Shown here piece by piece: positions 26,651 through 40,392 of a DNA stretch of 64,000 nucleotides. The translations under genes and the position numbers were made by a program. The DNA is from Octopus sinensis (taxonomy: Eukaryota): assembly GCF_006345805.1 (NCBI RefSeq), contig NC_043001.1:94612001-94676000 (forward strand), given 5' to 3'. The notes beneath the pieces are model-generated. The model did no database searches, was not told the origin of the DNA, and saw only the letters and a program-made list of their open reading frames with translations. Every line of letters begins with the position of its first letter. The first letter of the stretch is position 1.

Positions 26651-28109
26651 GATACGGTATTTATTGCCATAAATAAAATATTAAACAAATTGAAATTACA
26701 ACATTTGAATTAATTCTAAACGGCGAATTTAGAATTTAGGGCCTCATTGCCTTGCCTAATTCCCTTTCCTATTGTTTTGCTTATTTACGTAGTGTGTTGT
26801 GATTATATCATAGACCGTATATATTAGAAATCAGTTTGGATAAGTAAATATATAAACACCCTAATGGAAATGTCCTTAACTATATCTCTGCCAGGAACGA
26901 AACATGTTTGAGAAAACGGATCTTACATTCCCATAAGCGATATAGTCTGGATATACTTTCAACAATATCTATAGAACCCAGTACAGGGTAGCTATTTTAT
27001 TTGATAAAGGCAAAAAAAGAAAAGAAATAAGGCTATCGATGCTATTTAATTCAACAATAAATTCACATGATTCCAGTGATTCAATTATGTGTCATACTCG
27101 CATTCTTGTCACGTAATAACATTCAATTACTCTGATTGATAGGATGGTTAAAACCTGAGCTGAGCTGTCTGACGTTTTCAAGGAATGTCAACATAATTTT
27201 CAAAATGCTCCCAAGCCACAGCACTTCATTTTAATTACTGTCATTCTTATATTTATACTCATATTTATACTCAGCAATCAGAGAAAACGCTTGTGCTGTA
27301 AAACACTCGACACAGTGATGACTTTAGAGAGAAATAAAGCCTGAAAATTTAAGCTTTTGGCATACAAGCTTAGTGAATAGCACCAATATCTAGTAAACAT
27401 ACTTAAACTAATCATAGATTTTATTACGTCATCAAGGTTTCCTAAACGGAGTGAAAAACCGTAGGTAAAAGATGGGCAAGCAATGCTTAAAAAAGGAGTA
27501 TACTAGAATTTGCTCGATGAAAGTCACTTTTCTAAACATGAACGGTATTGTAGATGTATACACCTAGACCAATGTACGTAAACGAAATATTTTTGAAGCA
27601 GCAAAATAATTGAAACTTAACAACACAGAACATATTTTTTATGTACTGGTTACTATTATCGTTTAGTTCTTACTTATTTCAGTCATTAGACTGCGGCCAT
27701 GATGGGGAGCCACTTGGAAGGTTTTCGTCGAAGGAATCAATCATATTATATTTAAATCTTGATACAGTGGATTTATTTCACTAGAATTCTTATATGTTTA
27801 CAAGGGCTAGACAGGCATCTCCAACTAGCAGGCCATGATACTCCAGACTGATGACCAGCAAAGACTCAGAAACCCGTCTCTTGGTGCAGGCTTAGCTGGG
27901 TGGTGGTGCTTGTCTCCCCTTTGTAAACATAAGGGCACAGGAAATGTGTCAAGGCCGACAAGAAAGCGTTGATGCTTCCTAGAGCTAAATAGTAGTGGTG
28001 TGATTCCCTTCATGGGACTGTCACATTAATTTGACAGTATACAACTACTCTATCGTACCACTACGGCTTATATCACTCTGAGATATTTAGAAATGTAATA
28101 TTCCTATAT

Positions 28110-28417
28110 TATGATCTTCTTGTCGAAAAGCTAAGTTGCTGGAACCTAAACAAAACAACGCCGTTTGCCAAGCGGGAGGCGTGGTGCTCAAACCCATGTA
28201 CATGTACACAAACAAACACACACAAAAATATGCGCCTAAGCCTTGAGATATATATGTGTGTGCTTGTGTGTATGTGTGTGTATATGATGGGATGATTTCA
28301 GTTTCCTTTGTCTAAATCTGCCCACTCACAATCTTTTCGGTTGTCTGGTCTATAGTAGAGGACAATCCTTCAAATCTCCAGACAGTGGGATTGAGCCCGG
28401 AACCACGCAGACTCGCC
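28110..28417 (-). mobile_element. SINE family A, old copy
   Basis: TTTCAGTTTCC..CTAAATC..CACTCACAA..CTATAGTAGAGGACA..CAGTGGGATTGAGCCCGGAACCAC is the reverse complement of the family A head. Confidence 0.65.
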
Positions 28418-29169
28418 TCTGCCTATTAAATAACTTTCTTATATATAAAAATTAGGTTTCTATTTGAAATGAACGCAATCTGATTTGGATATGAGATTAA
28501 GCAAAAGATAAAATGTGTCATATAACTTCAGTCATTACACAGTTTTGAATTTCAACACAATTTTATGCAATAACCAAACAAATTTTCCTAGATGCTAAAT
28601 AAAATGTAGCAAATATTTACTATATATATAGATATATATATATATAGATAGATAGATATATATAACAACGTACAGTATTTACCTGACGAGATGTAATGAA
28701 GTAACGCAAAGTTTTCAGAACATCAACATTTGCAGGTAGAGAATTTATTCAAGGAAATGAAAACTAGCAATGGAGCCGAAAGGAAGAAAAATCTATCTTG
28801 TGTCTACTGTAAAAAATAAATAAGTAAAATTAAGAAATATTCAGAAAATGAAAATTGCTAAGGGCAAAAAAGAGGAAATGAAATACTTCTACTGAAAAAT
28901 ATTTACTTTGGAAAACTGAAGTCATGCAATATACTTAGGTGGAAATAATAATGTAAGTTCCAAAATATTTGTTACTTCCCTGGTTAAATCAGATTCAACT
29001 TTTAAAACAATGCCTTGATGATAGATCTAAACAAATGTTGCATTGAATATCTTACATATTACGATAATTTCTGTGCGATTAACATTGTTCAGTGTATGGA
29101 GAAACGATTAATATCTACCTTCTTTGGAAATTCTACATATCGTATATTATATTTAAGAATATACATGAA

Positions 29170-29171
29170 GA

Positions 29172-29228
<57 letters not shown>

Positions 29229-29278
29229 CGAGAGAGAGAGAGAGATAGAGAGAGAGGCGGAGAGAGATTCATTGGGTG

Positions 29279-29319
<41 letters not shown>

Positions 29320-29500
29320 TATACATACAGAGAGAAAGAGAGAGATACAGGAGGAGAGAGAAAGTGGGGGGAGAGAAATAGATTCATTGAGAAAAGGCAA
29401 GGAAACCAAAGCAATCTAAATAGATAGATAGATAGATCGACCGATAGATAGATAGATAGATAGATCGTTCGTTCGGTCGGTCGGTCGGTCGGTCGGTCTC
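29170..29500. repeat. Compound (TA)n/(GA)n/(GATA)n/(GTCG)n microsatellites
   Basis: Seen directly. Confidence 0.9.
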
Positions 29501-29714
29501 TTGAAGGCGCCAGTTTGTTCGTCTGTGTTTAAGTATAAATGAATGCACCTGCTGTTATCGTCTCAGAGAAAGCATTTCCCTACTCACATTGTTCTTACAA
29601 GATTTACTTCTATATTTTGCAGAAATTTGAAATGCCTTTTATTTTTACTTATCTGCATCTCTCAGTGTCTGTAAATTGCTAGTAAGATTTCTGTGACAGT
29701 AATTGTATTTTCTA

Positions 29715-30148
29715 ATATACTTTTCTACTATATGCACAAGGCCTGAAATTTTTGGGAATGGGGCCAGTCGATTAGATCAAAGTCAGTACACAACTGGTGC
29801 TTAATTAATCGACCTCGACAGGATGAAAGGCAAAGTCGATCTCGGTGGAATTTGAACTCAGAAGGTAAAGACAGACGAAATAGCGCTAAGCATTCCGCCC
29901 GGCGTGCAAACGTTTTTCATTTCTTTATTGCCCACAAGGGGCTAAACATAGAGGGGAGAAACAAGGACAGACAACGAGATTAAGTCGATTACATCGATCC
30001 CAGTGCGTAATTGGTACTTAAATTATCGACCCCGAAAGGATGAAATGCAATGTCGACCTCGGCGGAATTTGAACTCAGAACGTAAAAGCAGATGAAATAC
30101 CTCTAAGCATTTCGCCCGGCGTTTTACCGTTTCTGCCAGCTCGCCGCT
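29715..30148 (-). mobile_element. Two tandem or nested SINE family B copies
   Basis: GATGAAAGGCAAAGTCGA.CTCGG.GGAATTTGAACTCAGAA..GCTAAGCATT.CGCCCGGCGT occurs twice (~29820 and ~30040). Confidence 0.85.
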
Positions 30149-30546
30149 TTTGTGTTTACTAATATTATTATAGCAAGAATTCTATCGTACATTGCCTGAA
30201 AAGCTGGAAGGCACTCCAGGTAACGGGTTATGGGTAAAAATACATTGTTAGTAGTAGACAGTTGTAGGAACGTAAAAGAAATTACAAAGTATAAAGGTGA
30301 AACCTAGTTTTAGTTTTTTATCTCTTCCTCGTGTAAAAAGAATGCCTTAAAATATCTAGTCGAACAAATCGGAATCAATTCTCTTTACGTATTCGATTTA
30401 TTTCTTTTGTATGATACGGACAAAAATACACTCACATACACACAGATACACTCGTACGCGTATATATGAGAGTTTGTTTTCGGCGTTACAAATTCACATG
30501 AATATGAAAACGTCCGGTTGCTTTTAGATTTTGCATTAGATTTATT

Positions 30547-30863
30547 GTGGAGGCGGAATGGCACAGTGGTTATGGCAACGGATATAGCGATCAGAGGATG
30601 GTGGTTTCGATTCCCAGACCGGGCGTTATGTGTGTTATTGAGCGTAAACACCTAAAAGCTCCACGAGTCTCCAGCAGGGGATGGTGGCGATCTCTGTTAT
30701 ACTACTTCGCCCCAACTTTCTATCACTCTTTCTTCCTGTTTCTTGAGTAAAGCTGCAATGGACTGGTGTCCTGTCCAACTGGGGGGAACACTTACTCCAT
30801 AGAAACCGGGAAACCGGGCCCGTGAGCCTGGCTAGGCTTGAAAAGGGCGTATATAAAAAAAAA
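30547..30863 (+). mobile_element. tRNA-derived SINE family C, full length with poly(A)
   Basis: GTGGAGGCGGAATGGCACAGTGGTTA (A box-like)..GGTTTCGATTCCC (B box-like); ends GTATATAAAAAAAAA. Confidence 0.85.
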
Positions 30864-31111
30864 TATTAGATTTACTGCAATACCAAACCGATTTCCATAC
30901 GTTTTGCTTAACAATTGTAGTTAATAAAGTTAAAGAAATATTTTGGGAGAGGTCGAATTTACAAGGGAAAATACAGAAAAAAATATGCTAAACGATGAAA
31001 TGTTCTTACAAATTCCAACATTCGATTTTCAAAGAAATACAGAGACAGACAACAATTCAAGTTCGAATGCTCGACGAATTCCATTATAAAAGTACAATGA
31101 TATTGTTTTTT

Positions 31112-31827
31112 TTATTATTAACAAGGGCTCTCTCATCTTTTCTCCTTTGCTCCGAAAGAACCAAAATGGATTCAGACATGGGCGCTCAACGCTGAGCCAG
31201 ATACTATGCCTACGCAGACTTAATGAAGAATCAAAAGCATTTAATCGCGATCTTGCAATGGTGTTTGTAGACTTTTCTAAAGCATTCGACTCTGTAGATA
31301 GGTACAAGATGTTTGAAATCCTTAAGCTCTATGGGATACCAGACAAAATCATTTCTGCCATCAAGGTCCTCTACACAGATACGTCTTCAGCCATCTTAAC
31401 CCCTGACGGAGAAACATCATCTTTCTCAATCAAAGCCGGAATACTGCAGGGAGACACATTTCTTTTCATCATTGTCGTTAACTATGTGCTACCTATGTCA
31501 GTTGATACCATCTCTGGCAAGGGATTTGAAATAAAACTAAGAAGAAGTTCCAGACACCCGGCTGAATACTTGACAGACACTGACTTTGCTGACGACATCG
31601 CTCTTATCAGTGATTCTCTCTCCAATGCCCAATCACTTTTACAATCTCTCGAACAAGCCTCCAATTGTGTAGGTCTTTACCTCAATGAGGCCAAGACTAA
31701 ATATATAAACAAGTGCCTGTCCAACAGTGATTGCATTATCCATACTCTCAACAATCCGCTCTTAATTATGGTTTCTGATTACAAATATCTTTGGTCATAC
31801 ATATCATCATCTGGAAAAATTTTCTAA
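31112..31827 (+). mobile_element. RTE-superfamily LINE reverse transcriptase fragment
   Basis: ORF 31147-31827: QNGFRHGRST, FVDFSKAFDSVD, YGIP, GILQGDT, DFADDIAL, YKYL. Confidence 0.92.
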
Positions 31828-32179
31828 CTAGAACAGTCGAACAATGATGATGATTGTGGGAAAACATTTCTTTTTCCCCTCTATGTATATGCACATGTTT
31901 GTATGCATGTATGAATGTATGTATGTATGTATGTATGTATGCATGTATGTATATATGTATATATACATAAGTGTGCGTGTGTGTGTGTGAGTCCCTCCTA
32001 GCGTGATACGTTTATGTATAGTAATACCCTTAATATAAGTATATATTTAGGAGTAATAATTGATGGATCTTTCCCTTATGAGGCTTTTCACGCTAACCAC
32101 TTGATATATACTCATAAAGATGTTATCCTAATTTCCAAATGTATATATATACATATATATATCTATATATATCTATATA

Positions 32180-32288
<109 letters not shown>

Positions 32289-32935
32289 CATGTGTATATT
32301 TAGAGTTCAAAGCGCTAGATGGTTTATTTCCCTCATTATATATATATATATTATATATATATATAATATATATATATATATTATATATATATATATTCTC
32401 ACGTGCATATATGCATATGAGTGTGTGTGTGTCGAAGAAGTTTTGGTGGACCGGTGCTATATTATTAGAGATTTACACCTGCCGTAGGTACCATGTATCG
32501 TTACTGGAAAGGGAACCATGTCGTTGATAAGAAAACGTCTTGCCTTACGACTACACATGCGACTATGTTGAAAATTGAAACATCACATACCACCCAACGC
32601 CTGCAAATACGCTGTATCAGTTACACGCTTATGGAGGTAGGTCGTGTCTTTGTCTGATTTTACTTTCGCGTAAAAATCATTTCTGAATCTGATAAATTAT
32701 TGCAATAGAGTTAATGTTAAAAATATCTCTAGTATAAGTAAAAAACAAATATTTCAAGAGACTAATTAATTTAACTAACAGGACTGACAAAATATCTACT
32801 AATTTGACGTAGAGTGCATTCAGATGTAAATGATCATGGTAAAGCAAGATTCTGAATCAAATGGAGACTCGCTGCACACTATAATGTATATTGCGTTCCG
32901 CACTGGAATTTTATACTGTAAATGTTTAAGTCGAT

Positions 32936-32970
<35 letters not shown>

Positions 32971-33450
32971 TAAAACGGTAAGATAACAAAAGAAAGAAAG
33001 AGACCTCAATATTATGTAAATAGAGGAAGTTTCTGTTACGTTTTTGGTCCCCTAAAGAAAACAGATAGAACATGCTTTCTATGTTATATCCCAAGAAGGT
33101 TTTTTACCTCATCATACCTTCTATCATATATTTTTTATATATATTTTATGTATATTTTTTATATATTTTTTATATATTTTTTATATATTTTTTATGTATT
33201 TTTATATAATTTTTATGGGGAAAAATGCGAGTGAAGATGTGTACGTTTACATAGCGATGTATAAGTACGCAGGCAAGCAGAGTTATAACACAGTAATTTC
33301 CCTTTGTATAACGGTATTTTTTCATAGCGTTTTCAAATAGCGAGATAACCGAAGAGATGACGTTGTGGATTCCCACTTCGGCATCTGAAACTCATAGTCT
33401 TATCTTAACCATCGATTAACGTAACATATTATTTTATATATATATATATA

Positions 33451-33550
33451 TATATAATATTAATTCGAGACAAAACCACTATTTTGCAAAACAAACAAGG
33501 AAAGACTTGTTTTGCAAAATAGTGGTTTTGTCTCGAATTAATATTATATA
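33451..33550. repeat. Perfect 44-bp inverted repeat with 12-nt loop, inside a family D repeat (33451-33635)
   Basis: TATATAATATTAATTCGAGACAAAACCACTATTTTGCAAAACAA - ACAAGGAAAGAC - TTGTTTTGCAAAATAGTGGTTTTGTCTCGAATTAATATTATATA. Confidence 0.95.
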
Positions 33551-33900
33551 ATATTTTACTATAAAATTGGATTTAATCCTAAATCTGATTTTTTCCCTGT
33601 AAATTTGGATTTATTCCCTAATATTTATTATTATATATATATATATATATATTTTCATAAATTGTTATTGTACCCAACTGAATGAAGCCACGTGTACACG
33701 TCAACATACACGCATATCTTCATGCGTTTACTTACGCGCATATATACATGTGCTTACATGTGTTACATACAGAACATAATCTAAATATATTTAGAGTATG
33801 TTGGATCGGTCCGCAGTCAGGTTTAACCAATAAACGTGGTGTGTTAGTGTGCAATTAGAAATAACCACATTGGGCAACATCATTTTAGTTAGATAAGCAT

Positions 33901-34056
33901 AGGCGCAGGAGTGGCTGTGTTGTAAGTACCTTGCTTACCAACCACATGGTTCAGTCCCACTGCGTGTTATCTTGGTCAAGTATCTTCTACTATAGCCTCG
34001 AGCCGACCAAATTCTTGTGAGTGGATTTAGTATACAGAAACTGAAAGAAGCCATTC

Positions 34057-34112
<56 letters not shown>

Positions 34113-34195
34113 TTATGTATGTATATGTATATACATACAGTCGTTATGACAGTATGGCCACAGTCAAATGACTGAAACAAATAATAGAGTAAAAG
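33901..34195 (+). mobile_element. SINE family A copy with internal (TA)n
   Basis: AGGCGCAGGAGTGGCTGTGT..CTTGCTTACCAACCACATGGTTCAGTCCCACTGCGT..AAACTGAAAGAAGCC. Confidence 0.85.
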
Positions 34196-34741
34196 TGTAT
34201 TTGCTGAGAGAATTGCAAAAAAGCTGATATATTTTAAAACTATATATAACACGACTAACATACATTCAATGTTCACTTGAAAACATGATGAATAATTACA
34301 ACATAGGCAGAAACATTAATCTTGTAATTGAAGTCACATGCACTGTTTATATATATATTTTACATATTCAATTCACATAGTAATGTTCGGGTAGAAAGAT
34401 GTACTTCTTGAAATGTAATTTTATAATTTACTACGCAGTATAATGCGTTTTAATATTGTCTTCCATGAACAGAATGTTCGAAAACCCATAAATGTGTTAT
34501 TCTGTTGCGTTTGACAAAATAATTTTAAATATCGCAATACGTTGATTAATTAGTTATTTGTTCGATGTCTGTAAATATATAAAACGTGATATTTCAGAAA
34601 TAAATGAAGGTATATAGAGCTGTTGCTAAACATATACAGAATCGGAACTGCTAAAAGGCAATATTCAAAAATATGAATTATTTTTATTGTAGTATTATTT
34701 CGGGTAATTAATTTAGATACGCAGCATATATCATATCAGTT

Positions 34742-35108
34742 TTAAATTTTGGCGCAATTCCAGCAGTTTGGTGAAAGTGGTAATTCCATTACATCGATCT
34801 CACTGCTCAATTGATAAACTGACTCTGAATGTGTGAAAGTGGAAGTTGACCCCAGACTGAATTTGAACTCAGAACAGAATGATTGACGAAATATCCATCT
34901 CTTTACTACCCACGAGGGTCTAAACACAGAGGGTCAAAACAAGCATGGACAGATAAACGGATTAAGTTGATTATATCGAACTCAGTGCGTAGCTGGTACT
35001 TATTTAAACGACCCCGAAATGATGAAAGGCAAAGTCGACCTTGACGGAATTTAAACTCAGAACGTTCAGAGAGAGGAAATATCTCTAAGCATTTTGCCAG
35101 CTCGCTAC
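34742..35108 (-). mobile_element. Two tandem or nested SINE family B copies
   Basis: Same doublet layout as 29715-30148. Confidence 0.8.
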
Positions 35109-36389
35109 CATAAATATATTATATCAATTTTATGTTTTATAACATATCAGTGGAACACTCAAATAGAATGGCGTGACGCATGTAGTGGTAAGTAGGTAAA
35201 TACCACAAGTTTCAATCTCACACTTAACTCTAGCGACAACGTACCTACTTGGCTTTCAGAGTAAAAATAAACATCACTGCCCTATTCTCCATTAATGACA
35301 CACAAAATGAAATAACAATGAAATATAAACAACAGATCTTTGAAAAGCCCTCTCGTCGTTATTACAAACGTGAGCTAGGGGATTATCAAGAACATATCAC
35401 ATGCCATTTATTCAAACACTAAACTAGACAGTGAAAGCTGCCAACCCAAATTACCAGGGTAACGTTTTCTACTGTTTTATTCTTGTTGACAGTAATCGAC
35501 AAGTTTGACAGTAACTAACAAGTGATAGCCAATAGAAAAAGGGTAAAGGAATGTTTAATAAACTCAGACAACTAAGCAAATTTGATGATTTGTGCGTATC
35601 ATAGAGAAGTAATTCTTCATTGAATAGATTTTCTATTAATCGAACTGAAGTATCCGTTGCGTATTATCGGCATTATATCGATTTAACAAAGGCTATGACA
35701 ACCAGAGAATATAAAATAAAGGGTGAAGCGGATTTCAATAGAGGATTCCTAAGGTGGTATTCTAAGAGAAATAGGAATATTATTAGATTGTCATTTCGCC
35801 TTAACAACATATTAAATAACTTGCAATATTCCGTTTTATTATGCTAGGTTCGGGTTTGTCATCTGCTCAGTACGACCTAGTATTGCCGTCTTTATTGACA
35901 TCGACAAAAGAATTGAAATTCTAGATCAGACGTTTCTATCGACTATACTGTGAACCGTTAGGGATTCAATTAATATTGACACACCCATAATCGAAACGAA
36001 GCCTAACAGATGCAATGGACTCAGCTTTGTACATTGATAATCGAATTTTCGAAGTTTATCGGTTAATTGATTAAGTGGATTCTTCTGGATATGTGAAGCA
36101 GTACCATAATCATTATTTCTGTCATTACATGCATTCCAAGCAATACAACGCCGATTTCTCAATTTAGAGATAATTATTATATCAGAAAGCATAAGGAGGA
36201 TTGCAATTTAACAATCCTGGTTTTAATTTAGACTTTATTAATGCATAATTAGACCGATTCCGAAAACATTAAATAACTCAATAGAAAATAATTTCTTTCA
36301 CGTGGAAATATAAAACAGATGAAGAATACGAAACCTGGTTACTTCGTGGAAATTTCAGTCTAATAATACAAACTTTATTCACAAATCCT

Positions 36390-36845
36390 GTGTTCAAATT
36401 CCGCTGTGGTCTACTTTGTCTTAAATCCTTAAATCCTTCTGGGGTCAATGAAATAAGCATCAGTAGAGTATAGGGGTTGCTATGATCGACTTTCTCCCTC
36501 CTGAAATTGCTGGCCTTGCGCCAAAATTAGACTTCATTTGTCTTCACTAATTAATTACGTTGCTCTGATATAAAAACAAAAACTTACTATCCTAGTAAAT
36601 GTATCATCTGACACAATTTTAATTGTTCTAATCTAATCATATTTAATCAACAATTAATATTGCATTCAAATTTTGGCACAAGCCAGCAGTTTCGGAGCAT
36701 GGAGTAATATAACTGGTGCTTCTTTTATCGCCTCTAAAATAGGGTAAACAAAGTTGACATCGGTTGCATATGAACTCCGGAAACACGGACGAAATGCTAC
36801 TCAACGATGTGCTCGCCGAGCTAACGATTCTGCTTAGAGGCAGCC
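36390..36845. mobile_element. Tail-to-tail inverted pair of old SINE family B copies (+ 36390-36532; - 36660-36845)
   Basis: GAAATTGCTGGCCTTGCGCCAAAATT versus AAATTTTGGCACAAGCCAGCAGTTTC. Confidence 0.65.
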
Positions 36846-36865
36846 TTATCAACTAGTAATACAAA

Positions 36866-37066
36866 TACAAATACATACATACATACATACATACGTACAT
36901 ACATACATACGTACATACATGCATACATACATACATAAATACATACATACATACATACATAAATACATGCATACATACATACATACATGCTACATACATA
37001 CATACATACATACATACATACATACATACATACATACATACATACATACATACATACATACATACA
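36866..37066. repeat. (TACA)n microsatellite, ~200 bp
   Basis: Seen directly. Confidence 0.95.
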
Positions 37067-37120
37067 GACAGACAGAAAAGAAATGTGCAGTCTATCGCTG
37101 TTTAAAATTTATACTTGACC

Positions 37121-37344
37121 CTATATATATATGGTTATAGAATTGTGTAAAGTGTTGTGTACCGTGCATATATAAATTACGTTAGACTTTCTGCAACGGG
37201 TTTGTAGAGGGCAGGTGGCGCCAGGGCGACATTTACATGGTTGTGCATTGTGAGGATTATTCTCAGGAATGGTGCAGGTAATACCGTCTGAAGTGAGGCT
37301 AGGTATAATGGTAGATTGGTGTATGTTATTAACATTACTATTAC

Positions 37345-37346
<2 letters not shown>
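37121..37346 (-). mobile_element. Penelope-like element remnant, start of GIY-YIG endonuclease region
   Basis: CKCRPGATCPLQTRCRKSNVIYICTV matches the CxC..CPL..C...VIY motif that precedes the Penelope GIY-YIG domain. Confidence 0.75.
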
Positions 37347-37426
<80 letters not shown>

Positions 37427-37429
<3 letters not shown>

Positions 37430-39469
37430 TAGTTTTATTTTATAGCGTGCTTTCACTTCACTACCGAGCGCAGCTCTGTGTGCCTTGGGTATGTGCTGTG
37501 ATTTGTTGTGATGCTCTGATGGTTATTGTATGGAAAGTGTTCTGCGTAGGATGTGTGCAGTGCCTAGTAGTGCAATTTTCTCTATGTTATATGTGTTTGT
37601 AAGTCCTGGTGTTTTTGTTCTGTATTTGTCTGAATATTTTTTTATCATGCCTAATGCACCTACTATGATAGGAATTGTTTCTGTTTTCAGATTCCACATT
37701 CTAGTTACCTCCATTTCCAGGTCTTTGTATTTTCAGAGTTTCTCCATTTCTTTTAGAGACACGTTGTCATCAGCCGGTATTGATACATCAATTAGAAAGC
37801 ATTTTTTTCTTCATGGTCTCTGACAACTATATCTGGTCTGTTGGCCTTAATTTCTCTATCTGTGTGTATCGGCATATCCCAGAGTATGGTTGCTTTCTCG
37901 TTTTCTGTGACCTTTTCTGGTGTGTGCCTATACCATCTTTTTTCTCTTGTTATTCCATAATGTTGGCATAGCTTCCAATGTATGTAGGTTCCAACTCTGT
38001 CATGTCTGTGAATATATTCCTTCTTAGCCAGGACTGGGCAGCTAGAGATAATATGATTTATTGTTTCTTGTCCATGTCCACATATTCTGCAGTTACTTGT
38101 AATATTTCTTTTCATTACATGTTTTTGGTAATTTCTGGTGGGGAGGCTTTGGTCTTGTGCTGCAATTAAAAATCCCTCTGTTTCTACTTTGAGTCCTGAG
38201 CTTCTCAAACATTGCTGGGATTTTCTTTGTCTATTTCTTTTGCGTTTAGTTTAGTCCAGTATTTACCATGAAGGGGCTTTTCTTGCCATCGTTTTATCAT
38301 GGTTCGTTGCTGTTCTATTTTTAGTTTGGACTTCATTTGTTTTATAGCTTTTGTTGTTTCTTCATCTTCTTCTTCTTCTTCTTCTTCTCTTCTTCTTCTT
38401 CTTCTTCTTCATGTTTATTAGGTGGTTTGATTTCTTGTTAGTATTTGTCAGCTTCCTTAAATACTGAGAACAGTTTTTTGTTTTGCTCGTGTTTTGCCGC
38501 TATCTGGATCAGTTTTCCTTTTTTCTGAAGTAGATATTTTTGCAGTCCTATGGTGGTTATTTTATAGTAGTTTTCCAGCTGTATAAGGCCTCTACCACCT
38601 TCTATACGTTGTATATATAGTCTTTCTATGTCAGATTTTGGGTGATGCATCCTAGATCCTGTCATTATTTTTCTTGTTTTCCTATCCATTTTGGTCAGTT
38701 CATTTCGTGTCCAGTTAAGGATATTGTAGCTGTAACTTATAACTGGGACAGCTAAAGTGTTGATACCTATTATCTTGTTTTTAGCATTGAGCTCTGTGTT
38801 TAGTATTGATCTAACTCGTCTATAATATTCTTTTTTAATTTTCTCTTTCATTTGTGTGTGTTGTGTCTTATCTAGTTCATGGATTCCTAAGTATTTGTAA
38901 GTTTGGCTTTGGTCTAATTCTTTTATTTCATTGGTTTTATCTAGTGTGATGTTGTTACTCTTAACTAGTTTTCCTCTTTTCATGGTTACTTTGGCGCATT
39001 TTTCTAATCCAAATTTCATATCTATCTCTTTGGTAAATCCATGAACTGTCTTTAATAGTGTTTCCAGCTGTTTGTCATTTGCAGCGTATAGTTTTAGGTC
39101 ATCCATATATAAAAGGTGGCTGATCGTTGTGCCGTAACATTTATATCCGCATCCAGTTCTATTTAGCATATCGGATAGAGGTGACAGTGCCAAGCAGAAA
39201 AGGAGTGGAGAGAGCGTGTCTCCCTGGCATATTCCTCTTCTAATGGGGATGTCTTTGGTTTTCATGAGTCCCTCTTTTGTTTGGAGGTGTAGGACTGTTT
39301 GCCATTTATTCATAGAGTGCTCTATGAATTTTATGATCGTTGGTGCTACTTTGTTAATGGCTAGTGTTTCGAGGATCCATGTGTGGAGGATGCTATCAAA
39401 CGCCTTTTTGTAGTCAATCCAGGCCATACTGAGGCCTTTCTTCTTTCTGTGGCTGTCTTCAGTTATGAC

Positions 39470-39471
<2 letters not shown>
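37427..39471 (-). mobile_element. 5'-truncated Dong/R4-clade LINE flanked on both sides by (AAT)n
   Basis: AWIDYKKAFDS, GICQGDTLSPLLF, HLLYMDDLKLYA, CRICGHGQETINHIISSC, RHDRV, RPDIVV, LLGTAHILRRTLSIQ* and ~95-bp 3'UTR; (ATT)n at 37347-37426 and 39472-39637. Confidence 0.95.
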
Positions 39472-39505
<34 letters not shown>

Positions 39506-39560
39506 GCTATTACTATTATCATTATTATAATTAATATCATTATTATTATTATTATTATTA

Positions 39561-39637
<77 letters not shown>

Positions 39638-39950
39638 TCTACCGTTGCTTTTATCTATCCTGACTCTAATGGTGGTGGATGCTGGGGTAGTAGTATTCTG
39701 GTTAGTGTTAGTAGGATTGACTGGTTTTTCGTTTTGGTCTAGAGTATGGGGTTCGTTATTGAAGTTATGTATATGTTGGGTGTTCGTGTATTCAGATTTG
39801 ATACAGTATAAGTTTATGTCGATTAGCGAATATGATGTCTCGTCCACTGAGAAAATATCCGATAAGCACGGCCAATATCACAACCGAGCGCTAATACTAG
39901 GTTCATGCTACATATATATGAAATCATATCATAACGACATGCCAACCATC
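39638..39950 (-). mobile_element. Upstream part of the same Penelope-like remnant (RT-endonuclease linker)
   Basis: Degenerate SMNL..DIGRA..FANRHKL resembling the Penelope WFNPP..NIGR..HKL segment, then an Asn/Thr-rich linker running into poly-Asn. Confidence 0.45.
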
Positions 39951-40392
39951 ATAATCGCAACAGACCACACATACACAATACTAGAATCCCGAGAGAACCC
40001 GGATTAAGACAAATTTAAACCCCACACGCACACATATAACACGAGGTCAAAAGCAAAAAATGCTATCAATAACGGGCCATACCCCACCTAACTTTTAAAC
40101 GTGTGGATTACACTACCCCTAAGCAACCAAAAAGAAGCGGCGGATGCTCTGTCGTATGGTATGCATCCACCTTCTGTCTAAACGCTAAGAACTTAGCAAA
40201 ATTCTTTTTTATAATATACCGATTCCAACTTCACTCATCAACAGAAATATTACTCTATCTTTCATCGCTCAAACTTAAAGCTATCCTACTCCTTCCCGCC
40301 CAACTTTGAGTCTATCATAACAGCCTCTAATTGGAGAAAACTTTCTCTCAATTAGCTGCAAAGATGAGAACTTCCAGTTCCCTGAGTAGAAA

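Noticed and set aside
27810-28020. GC-rich island, possibly a LINE 5' region
   Set aside because: No motif could be assigned in any frame, so it was left unannotated.
30547-30620. tRNA gene
   Set aside because: It is the A/B-box head of a SINE followed by SINE body and poly(A), with no complete cloverleaf.
38438-39847. 469-aa ORF as a genuine gene
   Set aside because: It is a chance in-frame fusion of Penelope linker, AAT tract and truncated Dong RT that ends at a premature stop.
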